From Acidimicrobiales bacterium (GTDB lineage Bacteria; Actinomycetota; Acidimicrobiia; Acidimicrobiales; JBOGGX01), in contig JBOGGX010000027.1 of the NCBI GenBank assembly GCA_050744245.1, positions 1 to 54,725 of the forward strand: a stretch of DNA of 54,725 nucleotides. Direction: 5' to 3'. Of this stretch, positions 32,179 to 44,742 are shown one piece after another (position 1 is the stretch's first letter; the number at the start of each line of letters is the position of its first letter). Position numbers and translations under genes: made by a program. A model generated the notes under the pieces. The model saw nothing but the letters and a program-made list of their open reading frames with translations. It did no database searches and was not told the origin of the DNA.

Positions 32179-32682
32179 GACGAACCGGCGGACGCCGTCG
32201 GAGTGGCGTCCGTCGAAGTTGACGGCGCTGCCCCACAGCGTCCGATGGACGTCGCTGAGGTAGGGACCGAACTCCGCCAGATGGGCCCCATCCGGGCCCA
32301 GGTGGTTGTAGACGACGTCGAGCACGACGCCCAGCCGCCGCCGATGGCACGCGGCGACCAGCCGCTTGAGCCCGGCCGGACCGCCGTAGCCATCGTGCGG
32401 GGTGAACAGGTCGACGCCGTCGTAGCCCCATCCCCGGTCGCCCGGGAATTGCGCCACCGGCATGATCTCGACCGCGTCGACGCCGAGGTCGACCACCCGC
32501 GACGGGCCGTGGACGCCATGTGGTTGCCATGGGGACCGCGAGGCGATGGTCGGTCCCCTCGCCCGCGTCGTCGACGTGGATCGTCCACCAGCCCCGATAG
32601 TCGTCCTGGCTCATCGGTACCACGCGGCCGAGGGCCTCGACCCTCGCGCGCTCGGCCCCGGGCGACCACAGGCGGAACCGGG

Positions 32683-32686
<4 letters not shown>
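32179..32686 (-). pseudogene. treZ: Malto-oligosyltrehalose trehalohydrolase remnant
   Basis: The GTG at 32686 overlaps the glgX stop (GTGA) and opens [49 protein letters not shown]. After a frame change the text reads [13 protein letters not shown] joined directly to [28 protein letters not shown]...[12 protein letters not shown]...[14 protein letters not shown]. Homology ends at about 32179. About 170 codons are recognisable against roughly 580 in intact TreZ. Confidence 0.7.
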
Positions 32687-34808
<2,122 letters not shown>

Positions 34809-34809
<1 letters not shown>

Positions 34810-37367
34810 CAGCCCGCCCGCGCCAGCACGCCCACGGGGAACCGGGTTAGCAGATCCGCAACCGGTCTTCGACCACCCTCGACCTCTACCTGAGCGAGAA
34901 GGTTGACCCAGCGGCCGGGCGGGAGCAGAACCGAGGTGTCGTCCCAGCCGTCGTCGAGCCCGACGACGAGCCGGGGCACGACTACGGCCAGCGCGTCGTC
35001 GCGGGTGAACGGCACCACGTGGTCTCGTCCGGGGCCCTCGGCCGGTACCGGCTGGTAGTCACACGTGCGGTAGAGGTCGGGATGGCGGCGCCGGTGATCG
35101 AGTAGCCGGTGGATCAGCCACAGCTTGGGCCCGCCGTCGTCCTGGCGGACGATGGCGTCGTCGACGCTCCCCCGCGCCAGCACCCGCAGCAGGCGCCGAC
35201 GGCGCTCGTAGTCGACCGGTCGCCGGTTGTCCGGGTCGACCAGGCTCAGGTCCCAGACCTCGGTGCCCTGGTAGAGGTCGGGCACGCCCGGGCAGGTGAG
35301 CAGCAGCGCGGTCTGGGCCAGCGAGTTGACCCGGCCCCTGGCCACCATGCGGTGGTCGACGATGAACCGCTCGACGTCGGCCATCAGCTCGTCGTCGTCG
35401 AGGACGCCACGGGCGAAGCCCTGCACCGCCTCGTCGTAGTCGGCGTCGGGTCTGATCCACGACGTCTCGAGCCTTGCCTCCCTGGTCGCCTTCTCCGCGT
35501 AGGCGCCGAGCCGGTGGTGGTCGATCGGCCAGGCGCCGACGATCGTCTGGTAAAGCAGGTACTCGACGGCCCGGTCGGGGCGACCGTCGCGGCGGTGGCG
35601 ATGGGCCAGGTCGCGCCAACGCGAGGTCGCCTCGGCCCACGCCCCCGGCAGCTCGGACAGCAGGTTGATGCGGGCCCGCACGTCGGCCGATCGCTTGGTG
35701 TCGTGGGTCGACAGGGTGAGCATGGTCGCCGGCCCGCGGGCCGCCGTGGCCTGGCACCAGCGGTGGAACGACTCGACCGACGCCCCGAAGCGGCCCGGGT
35801 CGCCGCCGACCTCGTTCGTCGACACCAACCGGTGGTAGCGGTAGAACGCGGTGTCCTCGACCCCCTTCGCCATGACGGGTGCGCTCGTCTGCTGGAATCG
35901 CAGCGCGAACTCGGTCTCGGCCGCACCCGCGTGCTCGAGCCGCAGGAGCTCGCCGATGAACGCCATGAGCTCGGGGTCGAGCGTCCCGTCGCGGCGCGTG
36001 GCCGAGCGGACGGTGTGCGCCACGACGGCCCGGTCGGCCTCGCCCACCGGCCGGCCCGGGGCGACGTAGGTGCGGTAGACGGGGCAGGCCGCGAGCACCG
36101 CCCGGCAGGCCCGGCGGAGGTCGCGCTGGGTGTGGTCACGGTGGCGCCGGTGCCGGTCACAGGCCTCCCGCAGGAGGTGGGTCAGGCGGTCGACCTCGGC
36201 CACCAGCTCCTCCTGCATGATCTGCTGCTTGGCCTCGTGGGCGATTTCGGCGAAGGCGGTGGTGTCGCCGGTGAACCGCTCCCAGACGCTGGTGAGCGCC
36301 GACTCGTTGGCCCGGTCGACGAACAGCTCGTTCACCCGGTTCAGGAAGTCGTAGCCGGACGTGCCCCCGACGGGCCAACCGGCGGGCAGCTCCTCGTCGT
36401 GCTCGAGGATCTTCTCGACCACGACCCAACTCCCACGCGACCGGTCCTGGAGCCGGGCCAGGTACGCCGCCGGGTCCCGCAGGCCGTCGACGTGGTCGAC
36501 CCTGAGCCCGTCGACCACGCCGTCGGCGACGAGCCCGAGCACCAGCCGATGGGTGTCGTCGAAGACCGCCTCGTCCTCGGTGCGCAAGCCGACCAGCGAC
36601 TCGATGTTGAAGAACCGGCGGTAGTCGAGCTCCTCGCGGGCGGCGCGCCAGAACGCCAGCCGGTAGTTCTGCCCCAGCAGGAGGTCGTCGAGCCGGTCGA
36701 CGTCGGCGTTGAGGTCGTCCAGCTCGGCGTCGACCGCGGCGGCCACGTCTGGCCGCGCCAGACCAGCGGCGATGTCGGCGACCCCTGGATCGCGGATCCT
36801 CCTGCCCGCCGCGGCCACGACCGCGTCGACGGTCGCGGGCGACACCGGCAGCACGTGGTCGTGGTAGCGGACGACGAGCGAGCCGCCGTCGCGCTCGACG
36901 GCGATCTCGCCGGCGTCGAGCACCCGGCCGTAGTGGTCGCCGAGGATCGGCACCAGAACCCGCGCCGCGTGTTCGGGCGCGCCCCAGTCGATGTCGAAGT
37001 AGGGGGCGTAGCGGCTGGACGGACCGTTCTCGAGCACGTCCCACCACCATCGGTTCGCCGACCCGTCGGTGGCCATGTGGTTGGGCACGATGTCGAGGAC
37101 CTGGTTGAGCCCGCATCGCTCGAGCGCGGCGACGAGACGGGCGTGGCCGGTCGGTCCGCCCAGCTCGTGGTTGAGCCGGCGGTGGTCGACCACGTCGTAG
37201 CCGTGGGTGCTGCCCGTCTCGGCCTGGAGGTAGGGCGAGCAGTAGAGGTGGGTGACGCCGAGCTCCGACAGGTAGTCGGCCAGGCCGGCGGCGTCGTCGA
37301 ACGTGAAACCGGGGTGCAGCTGCACCCGATAGGTCGAGCAGGGAACGACGCCGGACGACGCGGTCAA
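34809..37367 (-). CDS. treY: Malto-oligosyltrehalose synthase
   Basis: STYRVQLHPGFTFDDAAGLADYLSELGVTHLYCSPYLQAETGSTHGYDVVDH...DIVPNHMA. Start is TTG 37367, overlapping the upstream stop (TTGA). The stop overlaps the glgX ATG by 1 nt. Confidence 0.9.
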
Positions 37368-39190
37368 GGAGCGACGAGCTCGGACTGGATGGCCTGGGCC
37401 AGCACCGTGCGTCCCGCGGTCGTCGGGTGCACGTGGTCGTCGATCAGCAGCCCGGGGCTGGCGGCGACGATGGCGTTCCAGTCGACGAAGCCGACGTTGG
37501 GATGGCGTTCGACCGCGGCTCGCAGCTCGTTGTTCACCGGCTCCACCCACCGGCGCGGGACCGACGCGTTGACCAGGACCAGCCGCCGGTCCAAGCCGGC
37601 CATCTGGATGACGGTTTCGACGTCGGAGGCGAGGATCGGACCGTTGCTCCCGAGGTGGACGACGATCGGTCCGTTCTGACCGGCCGCGATCCACGCCTGG
37701 ATGATCGGAATCGCCTCGTGGAAGTCGCGACTCACGACGGCGTCGACCACCGTGCCGGGACCGAGGGTGCCGACGATGGCGGCGGCGCTTCCGAGCACCA
37801 CCGAATCGCCGACGACGAGCGGGGGGCCTTGCGGCACCGGCGTGACCGGCGGGGCGGCCGGGGCGGTCGGCGGCGCGGTCGTGGGCGGCGGTGCGGCCAC
37901 GTCGACGGCCGCGGGTGAAGGACCGACAATCGTCGCCGGCAGCCCGGACTCCGAGGCCAGCGCCGACGTGTCGTTCGTCGGCGCGGGGACCACCAGCACC
38001 ACGCCCATGGCCAGGAGCGGCACGGCGAAGGCGGCGCCGATCACGATCGCCCTGGCCTTGGTCTCGTCACGGTTGCCGTTCCACATGCGGCCCAGCGCAC
38101 CGTTGCGGACCGGCAGCTCGATGAGCCGGTACGACAGGGCGGCGACCGCCAGCGTCGCGGTCACCCGGAAGAGGTTCACGAACACCGGCCAGTCGGGGAC
38201 GTCGAAACCGGGCCGGGTGAGCATGAAGATCGGGAAGTGCCACAGGTAGATCCCATAGGAGCGGAGGCCGATCCAGACCAGGGGCGCGGCGCCCAGGTAG
38301 CGCCGGAGGTCGGCGCCCGGGTGAACCGCGACGGCGATGGCCACCGCGCTGAGCAGCGACACGACCAGGAACCCGCCCTGGTACAGGCCGAGGTCGAACT
38401 CGGACGTCAGCACCAGCGCCACCACCACAGCGCCAACGGCGGCCGCGCCGATGCCGTTGAGCACCCAGCGGCCGGACCGGGCGACCGACGGCTGCAGCCG
38501 ACCGGGCGCCCACCACATGGCCAGCGCCGCCCCGAGGAGGAAGCCGGCCGCCCGGGTGTCGGTGCCGTAGTAGACCCGGTTCGGATCGATCGGGTTCACC
38601 AGGACCGCCATCCAGACCGCCGAGGCGAGGATCCCGATGACCGCGACGACCGCCGCCGCCCGCCGCCCTCCGACGAACAGGGCGCCGATGAGCAGCAGCG
38701 GCCACAGCAGGTAGAACTGCTCCTCGACCCCGAGCGACCAGATGTGAAGGAACAGCGACGGCCGGCCGAAGGTCTCGAAGTAGGGGACGTCGCTGAAGAC
38801 GAGGTGCCAGTTCGACACATAGCCGAGCGATGCCAGGGCATCGTCGCGGAGCGACCGCACCTCGTCGGGCACGAGCAGGAACGCGGCGAACAGGGTGACG
38901 ACGACACACGCCACCAGCGCCGGGAGCAGGCGTCGGGCCCGCCGCAGGTAGAACCGACGCACGCTGATCCGTCCCCGGCGCCGGCGCTCGTTGAGCAGGA
39001 TGACGGTGATGATGTAGCCGCTGATGACGAAGAACACCTCGACCCCGAGGAAGCCTCCTGGCATCCAGCTCACCTCGGCGTGGTAGGCGAGCACGGCCAT
39101 GACCGCGAACGCCCGCAGCCCGTCGAGACCGGGGAGGTAGGTCAGCGAGGACTGGCGCGTGTCGGTGAGGGCGCTGTGAGTGGTCAACAC
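37364..39190 (-). CDS. Acyltransferase family 3 (OafA-like) membrane protein with C-terminal SGNH hydrolase domain
   Basis: LPGLDGLRAFAVMAVLAYHA...GFLGVEVFFVISGYIIT and about 10 TM helices. SGNH blocks VVGDSVVLGS, HLGSNG and DDHVHPT follow a Pro/Ala linker. Start set at GTG 39190. Confidence 0.85.
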   Translation of the reverse strand: MLTTHSALTDTRQSSLTYLPGLDGLRAFAVMAVLAYHAEVSWMPGGFLGVEVFFVISGYIITVILLNERRRRGRISVRRFYLRRARRLLPALVACVVVTLFAAFLLVPDEVRSLRDDALASLGYVSNWHLVFSDVPYFETFGRPSLFLHIWSLGVEEQFYLLWPLLLIGALFVGGRRAAAVVAVIGILASAVWMAVLVNPIDPNRVYYGTDTRAAGFLLGAALAMWWAPGRLQPSVARSGRWVLNGIGAAAVGAVVVALVLTSEFDLGLYQGGFLVVSLLSAVAIAVAVHPGADLRRYLGAAPLVWIGLRSYGIYLWHFPIFMLTRPGFDVPDWPVFVNLFRVTATLAVAALSYRLIELPVRNGALGRMWNGNRDETKARAIVIGAAFAVPLLAMGVVLVVPAPTNDTSALASESGLPATIVGPSPAAVDVAAPPPTTAPPTAPAAPPVTPVPQGPPLVVGDSVVLGSAAAIVGTLGPGTVVDAVVSRDFHEAIPIIQAWIAAGQNGPIVVHLGSNGPILASDVETVIQMAGLDRRLVLVNASVPRRWVEPVNNELRAAVERHPNVGFVDWNAIVAASPGLLIDDHVHPTTAGRTVLAQAIQSELVAP

Positions 39191-39273
39191 CTCTGGACTC
39201 TGGCCGCCGGCCGGGACCGCGGCGAGCCTAGTTCGGAGCTGGTCATGACCGACACCATCGAGTGTGCGGGGCC

Positions 39274-39559
39274 TTAGCCCGCCGGCGCGACCAGCGCCAG
39301 CTGGTCCCGGACGAAGCGGGCCAGGTTGCGGTAGCCGGTGCCGACCAGGTGGATGCCGTCCCGGCCGAACCACTCCGGATGAGCGTCGAGCACGTCCGGC
39401 CAGTTGGCGACGAGGAGTGGACCGCCCGCCCGACCCTCGGCCCGCAGCGCATCGGCCCGATCGAGGTACCAGTCGTCATCACGGTGATGGGGCGCAGGCG
39501 GCGGCGACAAGAAGAAGCACGAGCAGCGTCAACACCCGCCTTACCGGTCGGGGTGTCAC
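39274..39559 (-). pseudogene. SGNH-hydrolase lipoprotein remnant (signal peptide plus last block only)
   Basis: The GTG at 39559 opens VTPRPVRRVLTLLVLLLVAAACAPSP-stop (a lipobox signal peptide). The next frame reads HHRDDDWYLDRADALRAEGRAGGPLLVANWPDVLDAHPEWFGRDGIHLVGTGYRNLARFVRDQL, which parallels SGNH block V of the neighbouring protein. Blocks I-III are absent. Confidence 0.45.
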
Positions 39560-39834
39560 CGAGGCTCCGCGGCCAGCCGGCTCGGCACCTCGATCTCGCT
39601 CGAGAGGGCGTAGGGCGGCACCAGCTCGATCCGGTCGCCGCTCCAGAAACGGCCGGGGTCGTACAGGAGCGGGGGAAGATCGTCGATGGCGACGACCATG
39701 CCGACGTGGTTGACCGGGCTGTTGGTTGCCGTCTGGATGGCTCGGTCGGCGATGCTGCGACCACGGAACAACCAGATGTCGCCCGTCACCGCCGTCGCGA
39801 CGGCTCCATCCAGGTCCAGGGCCGAGACACGCAT
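39556..39834 (-). CDS. Hypothetical protein; N-terminal resemblance to permuted papain-like (YiiX/C92) enzymes, probably truncated
   Basis: GDIWLFRGRSIADRAIQTATNSPVNHVGMVVAI resembles the His-containing N-terminal half of that fold. No Cys-containing C-terminal half is present. The stop overlaps the next GTG (GTGA). Confidence 0.35.
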   Translation of the reverse strand: MRVSALDLDGAVATAVTGDIWLFRGRSIADRAIQTATNSPVNHVGMVVAIDDLPPLLYDPGRFWSGDRIELVPPYALSSEIEVPSRLAAEPR

Positions 39835-39854
39835 GACGGGTAGCGTACGGATCG

Positions 39855-40034
39855 GTGAGGGCGTGGAAGGTCATCGGCCTGGCCGGTCTGATCGGGGTGG
39901 CGGCGACGGGCGTGGTGGTCGCCCGGCGGCGCCGGCGTCACCGCGAGTACGAACCGGACGAGCTACCCGAACGCCTCCACCAGCGGCTGGCCGAGGTCGA
40001 CCACAGGGAACCCGGGACCGCATGGCCGGCGTGA
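39855..40034 (+). CDS. Possible small single-TM protein (59 aa)
   Basis: GTG 39855 opens RAWKVIGLAGLIGVAATGVVVARRRRRHREYEPDELPERL... It is below the ORF-track length cutoff, was found by hand, and overlaps the next gene by 13 nt. Confidence 0.3.
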   Translation: MRAWKVIGLAGLIGVAATGVVVARRRRRHREYEPDELPERLHQRLAEVDHREPGTAWPA

Positions 40035-40450
40035 TCCTGTCGGAGGCGGCCAGTCAGCTGATCGAGTCCGACGCCCTGGCCCACCTGGTCACGCTCAACG
40101 ACGACGACACCCCGCAGGTGAGCCTCATCTGGGTGGGGCTCGACGGCGACGAGATCGTCAGCGCCCACCTCGACCCCAACCAGCAGAAGCTGCGCAACCT
40201 GCGTCGAGACCCTCGCGTCGTGCTGTCCCTCGAGGGGAAGGCCACCAGTGCCTACGGGCTGCGGGAGTATCTCGTGATCCATGGCCGAGCCCGGCTCACC
40301 GAGGGAGGCGGGCCCGAGCTCCTGCAACGCCTGGCCCACGTCTACATCGGGCCGGGCGTTCGCTTCCCGGCGATGGACGATCCACCGCCCGGCGTCGTCT
40401 GCCACATCACGATCGACCGACTCGTCGGCGTCGGCGACTGGTCGCGATGA
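40022..40450 (+). CDS. PPOX-class F420-dependent oxidoreductase-like protein
   Basis: MAGVILSEAASQLIESDALAHLVTLNDDDTPQVSLIWVGLDGDEIVSAH...RDPRVVLSLE...YLVIHGRARL. Confidence 0.8.
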   Translation: MAGVILSEAASQLIESDALAHLVTLNDDDTPQVSLIWVGLDGDEIVSAHLDPNQQKLRNLRRDPRVVLSLEGKATSAYGLREYLVIHGRARLTEGGGPELLQRLAHVYIGPGVRFPAMDDPPPGVVCHITIDRLVGVGDWSR

Positions 40451-41889
40451 TCACCGACGACGAGGTCGCCGCCGCGACCGTCGAGATCGTCGAGTCGGCG
40501 GCCGCTTCGACGGAACGCTCCCCGGCTGACCTGGTCCGCCTCGCCGTCGCGGCCGCGGTGGCGGCCTCCACCATGGCCCTCGAATGGCTCACCGGCGATT
40601 CCATCCCACGGTACGTGGCCGACGTGCTGCGCGGGTTCGACGTGCTCCCCGAGTGGCTGCTGCACGTCGTCTTCGGGCTGGTCCGGCTGGCCGCCGCCGC
40701 GCTGCTGGTCGCCGGTCTCGTCGCCGTGGTCCGCAACCGCCGTTGGCGGATTCTGCTCACGGTGGCCGCGGCCGCGGCGGTGGCCGCCGGCCTGACCGCG
40801 CTGACGAAGGCCCTGGCGCCCGACGCCGGGCCGTCCGTAACCGAACTCGGGTTCACCAGCGACTTCCCGACCAGCCTGGGCCTGGCCGCGGCCAGCGCGA
40901 CCGTGGCCGCCGCCGCTCCATGGCTGGCGCGTCGCTGGCGACGGATCGGCTGGGCTTCCGTGCTCGCCCTGGCCGTGGCCCAGTTCATCAGCAACCCGAT
41001 CTCGTTCGAAGCGGAGCGCGCCTTCCTGCTCGGCTGGTTGGTCGGCGCCATCTCGGTCGTCGTGCTAGGCGGGCCGAACCGTCGGCCCCGAGGCGCGGCG
41101 ATCGCGGCCGGCCTGGCCCGGGTGGGTAGTCCGTTGTCCCGGCTCGAACAGGCCAGCCTGGACGCCCGGGGCTCGACCCCGTACTTCGCCGTCGCCGCCG
41201 ATGGTCGTCGGCTGTTCGTCAAGGCCCTCGGGGAGGACGAGCGCAGCGCCGACCTCCTCTTCCGCTCCTACCGCGCCATCCTGCCGCGTGACCTGGGCGA
41301 CGAACGCCCGTTCTCGTCGCTGCGCCGAGCGGTCGAGCACGAGGCGCTGGTCGCCTTGTGGGCCAGCAGCCTCGGGGTCCGGACACCGGCCGTGGCCGCC
41401 GTGGCCACGGCCGAGCCGCACGGCTTCGTGCTGGCCTACGAGGCGATCGACGGTCGATCGCTTGACCGGCTCGAACCCTCTGGGGTCACCGACGACCTCC
41501 TACGCGCGATCTGGACGCAGGTCGACGAGCTGCGCTCGCACCGGATCGCCCATCGCGATCTCCGGCTGGCGAACATCTTCGTCGCCGCCGACGGCGCGGT
41601 CTGGATGATCGACTTCGGATTCAGCGAGCTCGCCGCCTCCGATCTTCTCCTCGCCAACGACGTGGCCGAGCTGCTCGCCTCGTCTTCGCTCCAGGTGGGT
41701 GCCGAGCGGGCGGTGGGGAACGCAGCCGCCGTCGTCGCCCCGGAAACCCTGCGGGCCGGGTTGCCTCGTCTCCACCCCTGGGCGCTGAGCGGCGCAACGC
41801 GCACTGCGCTCAAGGAGCGCCCGGCCCTCCTCCCCGACGTCCGCGAGCGGGTCGCACAGGCCGCCGCCGGCGGTGACGGACCGCGGTAG
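40447..41889 (+). CDS. Integral membrane protein with C-terminal protein-kinase-like domain
   Basis: Several TM helices in residues about 50-210. Then LFVKALGEDERSADLLFRSY, HRDLRLANIF and MIDFGFSE. ATGA overlap with the upstream PPOX gene. Confidence 0.7.
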   Translation: MITDDEVAAATVEIVESAAASTERSPADLVRLAVAAAVAASTMALEWLTGDSIPRYVADVLRGFDVLPEWLLHVVFGLVRLAAAALLVAGLVAVVRNRRWRILLTVAAAAAVAAGLTALTKALAPDAGPSVTELGFTSDFPTSLGLAAASATVAAAAPWLARRWRRIGWASVLALAVAQFISNPISFEAERAFLLGWLVGAISVVVLGGPNRRPRGAAIAAGLARVGSPLSRLEQASLDARGSTPYFAVAADGRRLFVKALGEDERSADLLFRSYRAILPRDLGDERPFSSLRRAVEHEALVALWASSLGVRTPAVAAVATAEPHGFVLAYEAIDGRSLDRLEPSGVTDDLLRAIWTQVDELRSHRIAHRDLRLANIFVAADGAVWMIDFGFSELAASDLLLANDVAELLASSSLQVGAERAVGNAAAVVAPETLRAGLPRLHPWALSGATRTALKERPALLPDVRERVAQAAAGGDGPR

Positions 41890-41900
41890 CGGGCGCCCGT

Positions 41901-42295
41901 TCAGGTCCGAGCCGTCGACCCGTCGCGGCGGGCGGCGCCGGCCCTGGCCTCGGCGGAGGGGAGGTCGGCGGCGAAGTCGTCGAACCCGGCGACACCGGCG
42001 TACACGACGGACACGTTGGCATGGTCCAGGGCGATCGGCTCCTCGCCCTCGGTAAGGCCGGGCGACCGGTTCGGGCATCATCGTGAGGAGCAGCCGTTCG
42101 TTCTCGCTCTGTTGCTCATCTATCAGGTCGGCCTTGGTGCGCAGGCTCTGGCTCATGTCGTTGAAGGCCTTCCCGAGGTCGTCGAACTCCGCCGTCCTGC
42201 TCGGTTCGACCTTGACGTCCAGATCGCCGGCGGCGACCTGGCCAACGGCGCACGCCCCGCGGGCGTTGGCGATCGTCGAGGCCGGGGCCGCGTGG
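41901..42295 (-). pseudogene. HAMP-domain adenylate/guanylate cyclase remnant (no sensor/TM part, catalytic domain cut after about 40 aa)
   Basis: The minus frame reads ...STIANARGACAVGQVAAGDLDVKVEPSRTAEFDDLGKAFNDMSQSLRTKADLIDEQQSENERLLLTMMPEPVAR (HAMP plus linker). After a frame break near 42055-42064 it reads LTEGEEPIALDHANVSVVYAGVAGFDDFAADLPSAEA and then ends. Confidence 0.55.
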
Positions 42296-42323
42296 TGACG
42301 GGCAGCGGTAGTGTCGCCGGCGC

Positions 42324-43655
42324 ATGGCGGTCGACTGCACCTACCGCGTGACGATCCCGCACCGGCCGGGCAACCTGGCCCGGGTGGCGGGCGCCATCGC
42401 CGAGGGTGACGGCCTCATCGGCGACATCGTCACCGTGGCCAGCGGGGCGACCTCGGTGCGCGACATCACCGTCGAGGTGCGGGCGTGGAGCCAAGCCGAA
42501 CACATCGCCGAGCTGATCGGCGCCCTCGATGGTGTCCGTGTCGTCTGGTTCCAGGACCGGGCCCTGCTGCGCCACGAGGGCGGCAAGCTGACCGTCGACC
42601 CCACCCGCCCGGTTCGGACCGTCCAGGAGATGCGCGACATCTACACCCCGGGCGTCTCACGGGTCTGCCTGGCCATCGCCGACCGGCCCGACCTCGCCGC
42701 TCGCTACACCATGATCGGCCGGAGCGTCGCCATCTGCACCAACGGCACCAGGGTGCTGGGGCTGGGCGACATCGGTCCGGTGGCGTCGATGCCGGTGATG
42801 GAGGGCAAGGCCATCTTCTACCGCCAGTTCGCCGGCATATCGGCCATGCCGATCCTGATCAACACCAAGGATCCGGACGTGTTCGTCGAGACGGTGATCC
42901 GGATCGCGCCGACCTTCGGCGGCATCCACCTGGAGGACATCTCGGCGCCGGACTGCTTCGACATCGAGGCCAGGCTCATCGCCGCGCTCGACAAGCCGGT
43001 GATGCACGACGACGTGCACGGCACCGCGGTGGTCTCGCTGGCCGCGGCGCTCGTCGCCTGCCGCCAGGTCGGCATCGACCCGCGGGCGGCGACCATTGGT
43101 CAGATCGGGTTGGGCGCGGCCGGCTTCGGCATCGCGGCGATGAGCGCAGACGCCGGGGCGCGAGTGCTCGCCTCCGACCCATCCCCCGCGGCATGCGAGC
43201 GAGCCGTTCGCGACCACCCGATCGAGATCGTCGACATCCCGAAGATCATGCGGGAGGCCGACGTGGTGATCGCCACCACCGGCAAGCCCGGTCTGATCGC
43301 CCCCGACATGATCCGCCCGGGCCAGGTGATCCTGGCCCTGTCCAACCCAGATCCGGAGATCGACCCCGAGGTGGCCAGGGCCGCCGGGGCCGCCTTCGCG
43401 GCCGATGGCCGCAGCGTCAACAACGTGCTCGGTTACCCAGGCATCTTCCGCGGTGCCCTTTTGGCCGGCGTCTCTGAGATCAACCTCGAGATGAAGCTGG
43501 CCGCCGCCCAGGCCATCGCCGCCCTCACCTCCGACGCCGATCTGGTGCCTGACGCGCTCGACCCCGCCGTCCATGAACGCGTCGCCGATGCCGTCCGCGA
43601 CGCCGCCATCCGCACGGGCATCGCCCATCCCGAGCGGGCGCCGCACGGCCTGTGA
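42324..43655 (+). CDS. NAD(P)-dependent malic enzyme with N-terminal ACT-like domain
   Basis: [55 protein letters not shown] and [14 protein letters not shown] are present. Confidence 0.9.
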   Translation: MAVDCTYRVTIPHRPGNLARVAGAIAEGDGLIGDIVTVASGATSVRDITVEVRAWSQAEHIAELIGALDGVRVVWFQDRALLRHEGGKLTVDPTRPVRTVQEMRDIYTPGVSRVCLAIADRPDLAARYTMIGRSVAICTNGTRVLGLGDIGPVASMPVMEGKAIFYRQFAGISAMPILINTKDPDVFVETVIRIAPTFGGIHLEDISAPDCFDIEARLIAALDKPVMHDDVHGTAVVSLAAALVACRQVGIDPRAATIGQIGLGAAGFGIAAMSADAGARVLASDPSPAACERAVRDHPIEIVDIPKIMREADVVIATTGKPGLIAPDMIRPGQVILALSNPDPEIDPEVARAAGAAFAADGRSVNNVLGYPGIFRGALLAGVSEINLEMKLAAAQAIAALTSDADLVPDALDPAVHERVADAVRDAAIRTGIAHPERAPHGL

Positions 43656-44733
43656 CCGCACGTGTCATCAGGAATGTGCAACTAGCGTTCGAAGCCTGTC
43701 CCATCCTGACCTGCTCCCGTTCGGGTGGGGCGACCGCTGGGTTGCCCTGCTCGCCGACCTCCGGGCAACCGACCCCCGTCTCGCACCGGGCCGGGTGGTG
43801 CGCCACGACGGCTCGGCCGTGCTCGTGGCCACCGGCGGCGGCCCTCCCCGCCACCTGACCGTGTCGTCGTCGGCCGACCCGACGCCGGTCGTCGGCGACT
43901 GGGTGGCGGTCGATGCGGCCGCATCGGCCGTCGTGGCCACGTTGCCCCGCAGCTCACTCCTGCGCCGGGAGGATCCCGATGGCGGCGAGCAGGCGCTGGT
44001 GGCCAACCTCGACATGGTTCTCGTCGTGTGCGGGCTCGACCGGCCGGTGAAGTCTGGTCGCATCCACCGCTCGATCGCCCTGGCGTGGGACGCCGGTGCG
44101 GTGCCCGCCGTCGTGCTCACCAAGACCGACCTGTCCGACGACGTCACGGCCGAGATCGAGGCGGTGGCCGCCGACAATCCGGGCATCGACATCCTGGCCA
44201 CGAGCGCGCCAACGGGGGCCGGCGTCGACGACGTGCGTTCGCTGATCCAGGGGCGGACGATCGTCCTGCTCGGGGAATCGGGCGCGGGCAAGTCGACGCT
44301 CGCCAACTCGCTGCTCGGCGAGGAGGTTGCGGCCACGGGACGCGTCAGGGAAGGCGACCGTCGAGGTCGTCACACCACGTCGGCCCGGCAGCTGCACCCA
44401 TTGCCCTGCGGTGGGGTCATGGTCGACAGCCCCGGTCTCCGATCCGTCGGGCTCTGGGTCGATCCCGACGCGGTCGACGCCACGTTCGACGACGTCGACG
44501 CGGTGGCCGCCCGGTGCCGGTTCGCCGACTGTGGCCACGGGAACGAGCCCGGCTGTGCCGTGAACGCGGCCATCGTCGATGGCGACCTCGATCCGGAGCG
44601 GGTCGCGGTGTGGGCCGAGCTGCGATGGGAGGCAGAGTCCGCCGCCCGCCGGGCCGATCCCAGGGCCCGTCGGGCCGACGCCCGCCGATGGGGCCGCATC
44701 GCCCGCGAGGCACAGCAGCGCAAGCAGTCGTAG
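43573..44733 (+). CDS. rsgA: Ribosome small-subunit-dependent GTPase A (start codon uncertain)
   Basis: LLPFGWGDRW..., VVCGLDRP, VLTKTDL, LLGESGAGKSTL, RGRHTTS and the zinc knuckle CRFADCGHGNEPGCAV are present. See the finding on the missing canonical start. Confidence 0.85.
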   Translation: MNASPMPSATPPSARASPIPSGRRTACDRTCHQECATSVRSLSHPDLLPFGWGDRWVALLADLRATDPRLAPGRVVRHDGSAVLVATGGGPPRHLTVSSSADPTPVVGDWVAVDAAASAVVATLPRSSLLRREDPDGGEQALVANLDMVLVVCGLDRPVKSGRIHRSIALAWDAGAVPAVVLTKTDLSDDVTAEIEAVAADNPGIDILATSAPTGAGVDDVRSLIQGRTIVLLGESGAGKSTLANSLLGEEVAATGRVREGDRRGRHTTSARQLHPLPCGGVMVDSPGLRSVGLWVDPDAVDATFDDVDAVAARCRFADCGHGNEPGCAVNAAIVDGDLDPERVAVWAELRWEAESAARRADPRARRADARRWGRIAREAQQRKQS

Positions 44734-44742
44734 GGCGAGGGC

